Shown here one piece after another: positions 53,797-64,000 of a stretch of 64,000 nucleotides of DNA (its first letter is position 1; the number at the start of each line of letters is the position of its first letter). The stretch spans positions 475,292,001-475,356,000 of the forward strand of contig NW_027362762.1 of NCBI RefSeq assembly GCF_046119375.1, read 5' to 3'. Both the position numbers and the translations under genes were made by a program. The notes beneath the pieces are model-generated. The model saw only the letters and a program-made list of their open reading frames with translations. It did no database searches and had not been told where the DNA came from. Source of the DNA: Phyllobates terribilis. Taxonomy: Eukaryota.

Positions 53797-56640
53797 TTAA
53801 ATACCAGAGGGAGGGATCACCGCTTGCAACACCCTTCTACCAAAGGACAGATCAGTAGAAGAGGAAAGGTCAAGACGGTAATGTTTGTAAAATGTAGCAG
53901 GGGATGACCAAGTTGCCGCCTTACATATAATGTCGATGGGCACATCCGCCTTCTCAGCCCAGGAAGCAGCTACCGCTCTGGTGGAATGGGCCTTCAGGTT
54001 CTCAGGAACCGGCAGATTGCTAGAAGAGTAGGCTAAGGTAATAGTATCCCTGACCCATCTAGCTATGGTCCCCCTTGTAACCTTAAGTCCTTTCCTAGCC
54101 CCCTGAAAGGATATAAATAAAGCGTCACTCTTTCTCCAGGCTTTTGTCACTTCCAAATACTGGACTAACACCCTCCTAACATCTAAGGTGTGAAGCTTAT
54201 ATTCCTCAGAATCCCTAGGATTAGGATAGAAGGAAGGGAGAGTGATTACTTGAGTCCTATGGAACTTGGAGGCTACCTTTGGAAGATAGGCCGGGTCTGG
54301 TCTTAAGATTACTCTATCCATACATACTTGAGTGAATGGATGGTTAATGGATAGTGCGTGTAAGTCACTGACTCTACGAGCTGATGTCAGGGCCACCAAT
54401 AGCGCAGTCTTTAAAGTTAAGATTTTTTCTGAAACCTTCTCTAAGGGCTCGAAGGGAGGTTTGGTTAATGCTTCCAGAACTAAATTAAGGTCCCAAGGAG
54501 GCATTCTTGGAACAGGAATAGGTCTGGATCTATGACAGGCTTTAATAAATCTAATGATCCATCTATTTGCTGCCAAGTCATAATTATACAGTGCCCCCAG
54601 AGCAGATACCTGTACCTTAAGAGTACTGGTGGCTAGTCCCATGTTTAACCCCTTCTGGAGGAATTCTAGTATGGCCTCAATAGGAACCCTCCCTTTGGCA
54701 GACTGACCCGAGGTAGACAAGAACTTAGCCCAGGTTCTACCATAGATTCTAGTTGTTATGGGCTTTCTACTTGCTAGAAGGGTAGTAACAAGATCTGGAG
54801 AAAACCCCCTTTGCGTCAATAGCGACCTCTCAAAATCCAAGCCGTCAAATGCAGGCCCGCTCTTTGGGGATGACAGACTGGGCCCTGCCTGAGGAGATCC
54901 GGGATGTCCGGAAGAACCCATGGATCTGCTTGGGACATTCTCTTCATCCAAGTGAACCATGGTCTCTTGGGCCAGAACGGGGCGATCAATATAACCCTCG
55001 CCCGTTCCTCTCGGATCTTCCTCAGGATAGTAGGGATCAGTACTAAAGTGGGAAAGGCATAAGCTAGAGTGAAATCCCACTGAATCTGCAGCGCGTCCAC
55101 CGCAAACGCCCCCTCTTTTGGATTCAGGGAGCAAAAGGTTTCGGTCTTCCGATTGTGTCTGTTTGCAAATAGATCTATCTGGGGCTGTCCCCACCGATCC
55201 ACAATCTGCTGAAAAACGGCTGGATTCAACTCCCACTCTCCTTGTTTCAAGATGTGACGACTCAAGAAATCGGCCTTTATGTTCTCTTCCCCTTTTATAT
55301 GCAGTGCCGAGAGCGTAACCAGCCGACTCTCGGCAAAACTGAAGATCTGATCCGCTATTAACATCAGAGGGAGAGACCTGGTACCCCCCTGATGGTTGAT
55401 GTAGGCGACTGTTGATCTGTTGTCTGACATTATCCTGACGTGAGGACCCTAAAGAACAGAACTGAATTCTTTTAGCGCGTTTCTGGCTGCCAACAGCTCT
55501 TTCATGTTGGAAGAGAGGCTTGTCTCGCTGTCCGACCAGAGGCCTTGTACAGAACGATCCCTTAGGTGAGCTCCCCAACCTTCCGCACTTGCGTCTGTTG
55601 TAATTGTATCCGACACCTGGAAGGTCCAAGGAACCCCCAAAGATAGGTTGACCGGAGATGTCCACCAGTCCAGGGAGTTGATCACAACATCTGGAAGAGA
55701 TATTTTCCCATTCAGGCGACCTTTGAGCCGCCTGTCCGCTGCCAGAATCTCCTGTTGAAGACACCTGGAATGGTGCTGGGCCCACTGAACCGCCGGAATG
55801 CAAGACGTCATTGTACCCAACAGAGACATTGCACTCCTCAGGGTGATGGTCGGATTGCTGACAATCTGAGATGTTAGGGATCTGATCTTCAGTTTCTTTT
55901 CCTCTGGCAGAAGACAGGTTTGGTTTTCCGAGTCCAGAATGAGACCCAGGAAAGACTGAACCCTCTTTGGTTCCAGCCTTGACTTCTCCAGATTTAACAG
56001 CCAACCTAGGCGTCTTAGACTGGCCATGACGTCCGCCAGGGCTAGAGCACAGAGTTGACTTGATCTGCCCACTACTAAGAAGTCGTCCAGATAAGGGATG
56101 ACTAAAATATCTCTTTCCCTCAAGTGCGCTGTGACCTCCAGAATGATTTTTGTGAAGACTCTCGGCGCCATGGAAATGCCAAAGGGAAGAGCTGCGAACT
56201 GAAAATGCCTTACGTGCCTGCCGAATTGTACAGCTACTCTTAGAAACTGTTGATGATCTGGCAAAATCGGGACGTGGTAGTAGGCGTCCTTCAGATCGAG
56301 GACGCACATAAAACAGTCCGGAAATAACATCTTTATGGCTGATTTTATTGTTTCCATCTTGAAAGGCCTGTAGATTAAATGGTCGTTCAGTCTTTTTAAG
56401 TTCGCAATGGTCCTGAAGGAGCCGTCCGGCTTCTTTATTAGGAAGAGGGTCGAATAGAATCCTCTTCCTTGCTCGGGTACAGGTGTTTCCACCAGAACTC
56501 CTTTCCTGAGCAGAAAGAGAACTTCCTGCTGTAAGGCTATCTGTTCCACTAAACCTCTGGGGGCTGATATTTTGACAGTGTTCTTGGGCCTGCTCTTGAA
56601 CTCTAGTGTGAGCCCCCTCCTGATTATCCCTAAGATCCAA
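53797..56640 (-). CDS. DIRS tyrosine recombinase frame (true start uncertain; ORF-track start is TTG)
   Basis: C-terminal YR domain with TSARRVSDL (R), AHSTRA (HxxR), ATWSS and YKHYR (Y). The frame is open across the RT region. Confidence 0.9.
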   Translation of the reverse strand: MDLRDNQEGAHTRVQEQAQEHCQNISPQRFSGTDSLTAGSSLSAQERSSGGNTCTRARKRILFDPLPNKEAGRLLQDHCELKKTERPFNLQAFQDGNNKISHKDVISGLFYVRPRSEGRLLPRPDFARSSTVSKSSCTIRQARKAFSVRSSSLWHFHGAESLHKNHSGGHSALEGKRYFSHPLSGRLLSSGQIKSTLCSSPGGRHGQSKTPRLAVKSGEVKAGTKEGSVFPGSHSGLGKPNLSSARGKETEDQIPNISDCQQSDHHPEECNVSVGYNDVLHSGGSVGPAPFQVSSTGDSGSGQAAQRSPEWENISSRCCDQLPGLVDISGQPIFGGSLDLPGVGYNYNRRKCGRLGSSPKGSFCTRPLVGQRDKPLFQHERAVGSQKRAKRIQFCSLGSSRQDNVRQQINSRLHQPSGGYQVSPSDVNSGSDLQFCRESAGYALGTAYKRGREHKGRFLESSHLETRRVGVESSRFSADCGSVGTAPDRSICKQTQSEDRNLLLPESKRGGVCGGRAADSVGFHSSLCLSHFSTDPYYPEEDPRGTGEGYIDRPVLAQETMVHLDEENVPSRSMGSSGHPGSPQAGPSLSSPKSGPAFDGLDFERSLLTQRGFSPDLVTTLLASRKPITTRIYGRTWAKFLSTSGQSAKGRVPIEAILEFLQKGLNMGLATSTLKVQVSALGALYNYDLAANRWIIRFIKACHRSRPIPVPRMPPWDLNLVLEALTKPPFEPLEKVSEKILTLKTALLVALTSARRVSDLHALSINHPFTQVCMDRVILRPDPAYLPKVASKFHRTQVITLPSFYPNPRDSEEYKLHTLDVRRVLVQYLEVTKAWRKSDALFISFQGARKGLKVTRGTIARWVRDTITLAYSSSNLPVPENLKAHSTRAVAASWAEKADVPIDIICKAATWSSPATFYKHYRLDLSSSTDLSFGRRVLQAVIPPSGI

Positions 56641-56879
56641 GAATTGGATGAAATTTTCTTCCAGGCCGGCAGGAAGTGGGACAATCTTCCTCCCACCTGG
56701 GGGGAACTGTCACTTAGGGGCTTTCTTATTCTCGGAGGAGGGACCCCCAAACATGAAGCCTCTGCTATACGGCTTTCGGTCTTTCCAGCTACCTTGGTCT
56801 CTGGGAGCTTTACTGCGGCTGTATTTTCTCTTCCGAAAGGAACTGTTAAATCGGGAACCAGACACCGTGGGAAATCCAT
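54816..56879 (-). pseudogene. DIRS pol: RT - RNase H - adenine methyltransferase-like, with one in-frame TAG at 55449-55451
   Basis: LDLKDAYYHVPI, LPFGISMAPRVFTK, PYLDD, TTDASAEGWGA, SDNRSTVAYINHQGG, IDLFAN, AYAFPT, ILIAPFWPKRPWF. ORFs 55449-56879 and 54816-55430 share a frame (...SVL*GPHVRIMSDN). Confidence 0.9.
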
Positions 56880-58305
56880 GTTTTTTGTCTGCGGCTTTAT
56901 CTAGGATGTCATCTAGACCTTTGCCGAACAAGAAGTCCCCTTCACAAGGGATTGAGCACAGTTTAGACTTTGACTGCACATCTCCTGGCCAGCTCTTGAG
57001 CCATAGCGCCCTACGGGCTGCATTAGAGAGGTTTGCAGACCGGGCAGCCAGCCTAACTGAATCTGCCGATGCATCTGCCAGGAATGCAGCCGCTCCCTGC
57101 ACAAGAGGAAGGTCTGATAGAATTTTCTCCCTAGACACATTCCCCCTGATCTGGTCTTCCAATTGTTGAAGCCAGATCATCATAGATCTAGCAGTGCAGG
57201 TCGCTGCTACTGCCGGTTTAAGGGCCCCTGCTGACGACTCCCAGGTTTGCTTAAGGAAGGACTCCGCTTTTTTATCCAGCGGGTCTTTTAAGGCTCCTAA
57301 ATCCTCAAAGGGCAGAGTGGATTTTTTTGAAGATTTTGAAATGGCCACGTCAATCTTAGGGGTTTTGTCCCATTTAGCCGCATCCTCATCCTCAAAGGGG
57401 TACCTCCGCTTGGAGGATGACGGCAGCTGACCCTTCCTATCCGGTTTCTTCCATTCCCTTTCTATCAGAGATTTAATCCTGTCATTGACCGGGAATGAGC
57501 GTCTCCTCCTTTGGTCTAAGCCCCCGAACATAACATCCTGGACTGTTCTGGGCACTTTGGTATCGGTAATACCCATAGTCCCTCTGACGGCTTTAACTAG
57601 TCTCTCAGTATTATCAACCGAAAAACAAGGTCTGCCCCCCCCATTATCATCCGAAGACTCCGATGACGATGAGGAGTGATTAGAGGAGGAAGGCAGTTCT
57701 CTCGTAAAACGGGACTCCACTGATTCCTCTGATTCTGAAGAAACTAGTTTTCGCTTCTTCTTTTTGAGTGAGGTTAAGCCTCTTAAAGACTCTCTGACCT
57801 CTGTCTGGATTAGATCCTTTAATTCTAAAGAAAACCTGGGGGACTCCTCTGCAATGGTTTTCTGAATACAGTCTGAGCATAGGTTTTTGGCATAGGAGGT
57901 GGGAAGACCGATTTTGCATAAAGCACACTCCCTGTTTTTATTTTTAGCACTACACTTCTTCGCCTCCGGAGGCGGTGGTTGCCGTTCACATGAGGGCTCC
58001 CATCTGGCGGAGGTGGACTGACGAAGTCTTTTCTGACCAGTCTTGCCGGAACTCGTACGCCCCTCACTGCTATGACTTTGTCGATGGGAAGATTCCCGTT
58101 CCATTTGTTTGAGCTGCTTGCGCTGCTTTGATGGCTGTGGCTGCTGCTGTACTTCCTGTGGCGGTGACAGCTGCTGCCCAGGTGACTGCGGTTCCTCATT
58201 CATCATGGCGGGGATGCAGACACCGCCATCCTGATTGCTCCCCATCCTTAAAAGCAGTAGGGCTCCACCTCCTTTAGGCTCCTCCCCTTCCGGCAGCGTG
58301 CTCAT
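56710..58305 (-). CDS. DIRS gag-like ORF1 (531 aa)
   Basis: Zinc-finger-like CALC...CSDC. LAP2alpha-like region (EWKKPD...RYPF...WDKTPKIDVAI...LKDPLDKKAE). Overlaps the pol start. Confidence 0.85.
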   Translation of the reverse strand: MSTLPEGEEPKGGGALLLLRMGSNQDGGVCIPAMMNEEPQSPGQQLSPPQEVQQQPQPSKQRKQLKQMERESSHRQSHSSEGRTSSGKTGQKRLRQSTSARWEPSCERQPPPPEAKKCSAKNKNRECALCKIGLPTSYAKNLCSDCIQKTIAEESPRFSLELKDLIQTEVRESLRGLTSLKKKKRKLVSSESEESVESRFTRELPSSSNHSSSSSESSDDNGGGRPCFSVDNTERLVKAVRGTMGITDTKVPRTVQDVMFGGLDQRRRRSFPVNDRIKSLIEREWKKPDRKGQLPSSSKRRYPFEDEDAAKWDKTPKIDVAISKSSKKSTLPFEDLGALKDPLDKKAESFLKQTWESSAGALKPAVAATCTARSMMIWLQQLEDQIRGNVSREKILSDLPLVQGAAAFLADASADSVRLAARSANLSNAARRALWLKSWPGDVQSKSKLCSIPCEGDFLFGKGLDDILDKAADKKHGFPTVSGSRFNSSFRKRKYSRSKAPRDQGSWKDRKPYSRGFMFGGPSSENKKAPK

Positions 58306-58339
58306 CTCTCTTTTTCCTTTCTTTTTTTTTTTTTTTTTT

Positions 58340-58750
58340 TAATTTTAGCCAGCTGGCGCGCTACCCGCAGATCCACCTGCCTCTGCGCAGCCCAGCGGCA
58401 CCCGGCGCGCTTGCAGCGGGATGACAGCTTCCCACCCGCGCATGCGCAGACCCGGTTTCCGGCGCACTCCGTGATAGGGCGCGTCAGCACCCCGCGCGTG
58501 CGCAGCCCGGACTTCCGGCGCGCTCCGTCACAGGGTGCGACGCGACCCCCACGTGCGCAGCCCGGAAGACCTGCCGGCCGGCGCGCTCAGTTCATCTTTG
58601 CGAGGCGCAGACCCGGCCGCAGGCCCCGGCGCACGCGGGGAGGCATCCGAAGGAAAACAGCACCTCCTCCCCACACGCAGACCCGGGCAGCAGCCAGACG
58701 GGCTGGGAACAGGGACCATCTGCTGCTTCCACGGCCTCCAGGCCGCACCG
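58340..58750 (-). promoter_or_regulatory. GC/CpG-rich DIRS 5' leader, probable internal promoter region
   Basis: Dense CGCG/GCGC content in an otherwise AT-rich window, located between the 5' ITR and the gag ATG. Promoter function is inferred. Confidence 0.5.
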
Positions 58751-60278
58751 TCCATAATCCAGGTAAATGAGGTACCACCTGGTGAGGCTCCCATCAGGGA
58801 CAGGAACCAAAACTGATGCGGAGGAGAGGTACCGCCTTTTTATTCAGTAGGTTCCTGTCCTTGGTGGGCGGATACCCTCTCTCAGGTGGTGCTGTCATGG
58901 GAGAAGGGGAAAAAGTTAGATTTTTTTATTTTCACGGCTCCATGTTATAAACTTCTGTAAAGGACTTGGGGGTTCAAGGTGCTCACCACACATCTAGATA
59001 AGTTCCCTGAGGGGTCTAGTTTCCAAAATGGTGTCACTTGTGGGGAGTTTCCACTGTTTAGGCACATCAGGGGCACATCCTCTAATTATTCAAGCAAATT
59101 TTACAATCAAAAAGTCAAATGGCGCTCTTTCCCTTCCGAACCCTGCCGTGCGCCCAAACAGTGGTTTTACCCCACATATGGGGTATCTGCTAACTCAGGA
59201 GAAATTGCACAACAAACTGAATAGTGCAATTTCTTTGGTTACCCTTATGAAAATGCAAAAGTGGGGGCTGAAAAACATTTTTGTGGGAAAAATGTGAAAA
59301 TGTTATTTTTACGGCTCAATGTTATAAACTTCTGTGAAGCACCTGGGGGTTCAAGGTGCTCACCACACATCTAGATAAGTTCCCTAAGGGGTCTAGTTTC
59401 CAAAATAGTGTCACTTGTGGGGGGTTTCCACTGTTTAGGTACATCAGGGGCTCTCCAAACGCAACATGGCGTCCACTAATTATTCAAGCAAATTTTACAT
59501 TCAAAAAGTCAAATGGCGCTCCTTCCCTTCCGAACCCTGACGTGCGCCCAAACAGTGGTTTTCCCCCACATATGGGGTATCTGCTTACTCAGGAGAAACT
59601 GCACAACAAATTTTGGGGTCCATTTTTTCCTGTTACCCCTGTGAAAATAAAAAAAATTGGGTCTAAAGTAACATTTTTGTGAAAAAAAGTTAAATGTTCA
59701 TTTTCTTCTTCCATTTTCCAAAAATTCCTGTGAAGCACCTGAAGGGTTAATAAAGTTCTTGAATGTGGTTTTGAGCACCTTGAGGGGTGCAGTTTTTAGA
59801 ATGGTGTCACTTTTGGGTATTTTCTGTCATAAAGACCCCTCAAAGTTACTTTAATTATGATGTGGTCCCTAAAAAAATGGTTTTGTAAATTTTGTTGGAA
59901 AAATGAGAAATCGCTGGTCAACTTTTAACCCTTATAGCTTCCCAATAAAAAAAAAAATTTTGGTTCCAAAATTGTGCTGATGTAAAGTAGACATGTGGGA
60001 AATGTTATTTATTAACTATTTTGTGTGACATATCTCTCTGATTTAAGGGCACAAAAATTAAAATTTTGAAAATTGCAAAATTTTCTAATTTTTCGCCAAA
60101 TTTCCGATTTTTTCACAAATAAACGCAAGTGATATCGAAGAAATTTTACCACAATCATGAAGTACAATATGTCACAAAAAAACAATCTCAGAATCAGGGG
60201 GATCCGTTGAAGCGTTCCAGAGTAATTACCTAATAAAGTGACAGTGGTCAGAATTGTAAAAATTGGCCTGGTCATTAA

Positions 60279-63200
60279 CCACTTCGCGCCAGAGCCTGTT
60301 TTTGCCTTCGTGACCGGGCCAATTTTTTCAATTCTGACCACTGCCAGTTTATGAAGTAATTACCCTGGAACGCTTCAACGTATTCCCCTGATTCTGAGAT
60401 TGTTTTTTCGTGACATATTGTACTTCATGATAGTGGTAAAATTTCTTCGATATCACTTGCGTTTATTTGTGAAAAAATCGGAAATTTGGCGAAAATTTTG
60501 AAAATTTTGCAATTTTCAAACTTTGAATTTTCATGCCCTTAAATCAGAGAGTTATGTCACACAAAATAGTTAATAAATAACATTTCCCACATGTCTACTT
60601 TACATCAGCACAATTTTGGAACCCAAATTTTTTTTTGTTAGGGAGCTATAAGGGTTAAAAGTTGACCAGCGATTTCTCATTTTTCCAACAAAATTTACAA
60701 AACCATTTTTTTAGGGGCCACATCACATTTGAAGTCACTTTGAGGGGTCTTTATGACAGAAAATACCCAAAAGTGACACCATTCTAAAAACTGCACCCCT
60801 CAAGGTGCTCAAAACCACATTCAAGAACTTTATTAACCCTTCAGGTGATTCACAGGAATTTTTGGAATGTGGAAGAAAAAAATTAACATTTAACTTTTTT
60901 CACAAAAATGTTACTTTAGACCCAATTTTTTTATTTTCACAGGGGTAACATGAAAAAATGGACCCCAAATTTTTTTGTGCAATTTCTCTTGAGCGTGCTG
61001 ATACCCCATATGTGAGGGAAAACCACTGTTTGGGCTCACTGCATGGCTCGGAAGGGAAGGAGCGCCATTAGACTTTTTGAATGTAAAATTTGTCTGAATA
61101 ATTAGCGGACGCCATGTTGCGTTTGGAGAGCTCCTGATGTGACTAAACAGTGGAAACCCCCCACAAGTGACACCATTTTGGAAACTAGACCCCTTAGGGA
61201 ACGTATCTAGATGTGTGGTGAGCACCTTGAACCCCAAGGTGCTTCACAGAAGTTTATAATATTGAGCTGTAAAAATAAAATTTTCACATTTTTCCCACAA
61301 AACCGTTTTTCATCCCTTAATTTTGCATTATCATAAGGGTAACAGGAAAAATTGCACCATGAAATTTGTTGTGCAATTTCTCCTGAACACGCTGATACCC
61401 CATATGTGGAGGCAAATTACTGTTTGGGCACATGGCAGGGTTTGAAAGGGAAGGAGCGCCATTTGACTTTTTGAATGTAAAATTTGTTTGAATAATTAGC
61501 GGACGCCGTGTCACATTTGGGGAGCCCCTAATGTGCCTAAACAGTGGAAACCCCCCACAAGTGCCACCATTTTGGAAACTATACCCCTTAGGGAACTTAT
61601 CTAGATGTGTGGTGAGCACCTTGCACCCCCAGCTGCTTCACAGAAGTTTATAATATTGAGCCGTAAAAATAAAATTTTCACATTTTTCCCATAAAAAATG
61701 TTTTTCATTCCCTAATTTTGCATTATCATAAGGGTAACAGGATAAATTGCACCATGAAATTTGTTGTACAATTTCTCCTGAGTACGCCGATACCCCATAT
61801 GTGGGGAAAACCACTGCTTTGGTGTACGGCAGGGTTCGGAAGAGAAAGAAGCGCTATGTTGGCTGGGATAGGCAGCAGACACCATGTCACATTTGAAGAG
61901 TCGCTGACATGCCAAAACAGCAGAAACCCCCACAAGTGACCCCATTTTGTAAACTACACCTCTCAAGGAATTCATCTAGGGAAGTAGTGAGCATTTTTTA
62001 ATTTTTAAATTTATACCATTGGGCAGTGAAAAAAGCATAATTATATTTTTACCACAAAAAAATGTTTTACCCTCAGATTTTACATTTTCACACAGGGCAA
62101 TGGGTAAAAATGGTGCCGAAAGGTGTCACACAATTTCTTCTAAAAGTGTCAATACCCCATATGTGGCTGTATCGTACCACTTAGCCATACGGTGAGATTT
62201 GAGGGGGAAGGAGCGCTATTTGACAATTGGAGAACAAATTATTGTAGAATAGGCATTTGGATTTGGGAGCACAAAATTTTCTGAATTTCTTTTGGGGGGC
62301 AAGGACCATTTTGCTTTTCCAGAGCCTTTCTGCTACCAGTAACTTGGAAGTCCCTTATATTTTTAACAGATGATGGACCTGAGTGGGGACTAGCTTTTTT
62401 TGAGGACTGAGTTGAAGCTTTTATTGGGAACATTTTACGTAACATTTATCCGGCGCTCTAGGCTGAGCACTTACATCGGGGTTTCCATCTAATTTTCCAA
62501 GTGATTTAATTCAGATGAAACCCCTGCAGGATCCATTCACTGTAATGAGGCAGCAGAGTTACTCTGGACTCCGTCTGGCCTCTGTTTAGTGGTGTCCTTT
62601 TTTTCAGAAGTGCACAAAACTGTGGCCAACCGCACTTTTATGCACGCCTAAAACAAATGACACCGTGGGATCCCAGGCTAGACGGCATCCACAGTGGCCT
62701 ATATCTGCCTCATTACAGGGAATCTTCCATCATGGGTTCTGGCTGAATCACGTATTTCAGAGATTTACACGGAAACTCTGGTGTAAGTGCTCAGCGCAGA
62801 GCACAGGATAAATGTGAGCAGAGCCTTACTGGGATCTTTGGGAGACATAATAAACAAATCAGTAGCAGGTGAATAATATTTGTTTTATTTATTTCTTATG
62901 TCGTTCCTAGTGTGATATAACTGATTAGATTACTTTATTCTTCGGGTCGGTGCGATTACAGAGATACCAGATTTATATTGGGTTTTTATGACTGACAGCT
63001 GTCACACACTAAAATACGCTTTTTTTGCAAAATCTAGTTTTTGCATCACCATATTTTGAGAGCTATAATTTTTCCATATTTCGGCCGATAGAGTCATGTG
63101 ATGGCTTGTTTTTTGCGGGACGAGTTGAAATTTTTATTGGAACCATTTTTGGGCACGTGACATTTTTTGATCGCTTTCTATTCCGTTTTTTGGGAGGTAA

Positions 63201-64000
63201 AGTTAACAAAAACAAACACTTCAGGAATTGTTTTTTGAGTTTTTTTTTATGCCGTTCTGCGTGTGGTAAAAGTGATCAGGCAGCGTTATTCTTCGGGTCA
63301 GTACGTTTACAGCGATACTACACTTACTGTATTTTTTTCATGTTTTGGCGCTTTTACACAATAAAACAATTTTATAGAAAAAAAAATTTTTTTTTTGCAT
63401 TGCTTTATTCTGAGCGCTATAACTTTTTTATTTTTTGGCTGATGGAGCTGTATGGCAGCTTTTTTTTGCGGAACAAGATGACGTTTTCAGTGGTACCATT
63501 TTTATTTCTATTCTGCTTTTTGATCGCATTTTTTTCCACTTTTTGTTTGGCGATATGATCAAAAAGCATATTTTTTTGCTTCGTTTTTTATTTATTTTTA
63601 TTACGGTGTGCACAGAAGGAGTTAATTAGTGTGACAGTTTTATAGCTCGGGTTGTTTCGGACGCGGCGATACCAAATATGTGTACTTTTTTTGGTTTTGT
63701 AATAATTTACGGATTTATTGGTTTAATATTTTATTTATTTATTTTTATTTATTTTGTGATTTTTTTTTTTTTAATAGTTTAAAAACTTTTTTTTTACATT
63801 TTTACTTAGTCCCTGTATGGGACATTAATTTTTATTTTTCTGATCACTGATCTCATGTAATACACATATATTACATTATATGAGATCTTCACTGACTGTT
63901 TCAGTCAGAGTCTCCTGTCTGACTTCAGCTACATACAGGCTGAAGTCAGACAGGAAGGACACCATATATGGCAGAGCTGGAGGCGGTCATGTGACCTCCA
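60279..64000 (-). mobile_element. Large TTAA-flanked element, copy D, reverse orientation, runs off the window
   Basis: Begins CCACTTCGCGCCAGAGCCTG, the reverse complement of the copy B terminus. It is reverse-colinear with copy A, including the 23000-24300 block. Confidence 0.85.

Larger units (their letters stand above)
53445..58913 (-). mobile_element. DIRS1-type tyrosine-recombinase retrotransposon, full length
   Basis: Identical 93-bp inverted terminal repeats (53486-53578 and 58809-58901), an internal complementary region at 53700-53786, and gag, RT/RH/MT and YR ORFs. No TSD; inserted in an A-tract. Confidence 0.95.
51236..60274 (+). mobile_element. Large TTAA-flanked element, copy C (hosts a hAT MITE and the DIRS)
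   Basis: TTAA-CCCCTTTAAAGCCC start. Colinear with copies A and B on both sides of the DIRS. Ends at GGCCTGGTCA-TTAA. Confidence 0.8.

Noticed and set aside
58411-58816. Several overlapping Arg/Pro/Gly-rich ORFs
   Set aside because: They are a by-product of high GC in the DIRS 5' leader.

Overview
Vertebrate genomic DNA, most likely from a frog (inferred from the TE families, not shown directly). The only host gene I can support is LUZP1 on the minus strand. It has one 2.9-kb coding exon (ATG 30568 to donor 27635) and a 144-nt terminal coding exon (27283-27140), giving about 1025 aa. Most of the rest is nested transposable elements: an L2 LINE remnant, several Tc1-like remnants (one DD37E/TRT-type), many Harbinger-type, TTAA/T2-type and hAT-type MITEs, and four copies of a 4-5 kb TTAA-flanked non-coding element with internal tandem subrepeats. 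A near-intact DIRS1-type tyrosine-recombinase retrotransposon lies at 53445-58913, and a full-length piggyBac with a spliced transposase gene at 31118-34390. Points of interest are the intron-containing piggyBac antisense to LUZP1, a minimal hammerhead ribozyme, a Harbinger derivative that records a template switch, a perfect 73-bp foldback, and a kilobase-scale tail-to-tail inverted repeat. I found no convincing evidence of an entirely new biological system. Coordinates were counted by hand and TE boundaries may be off by a few bases.
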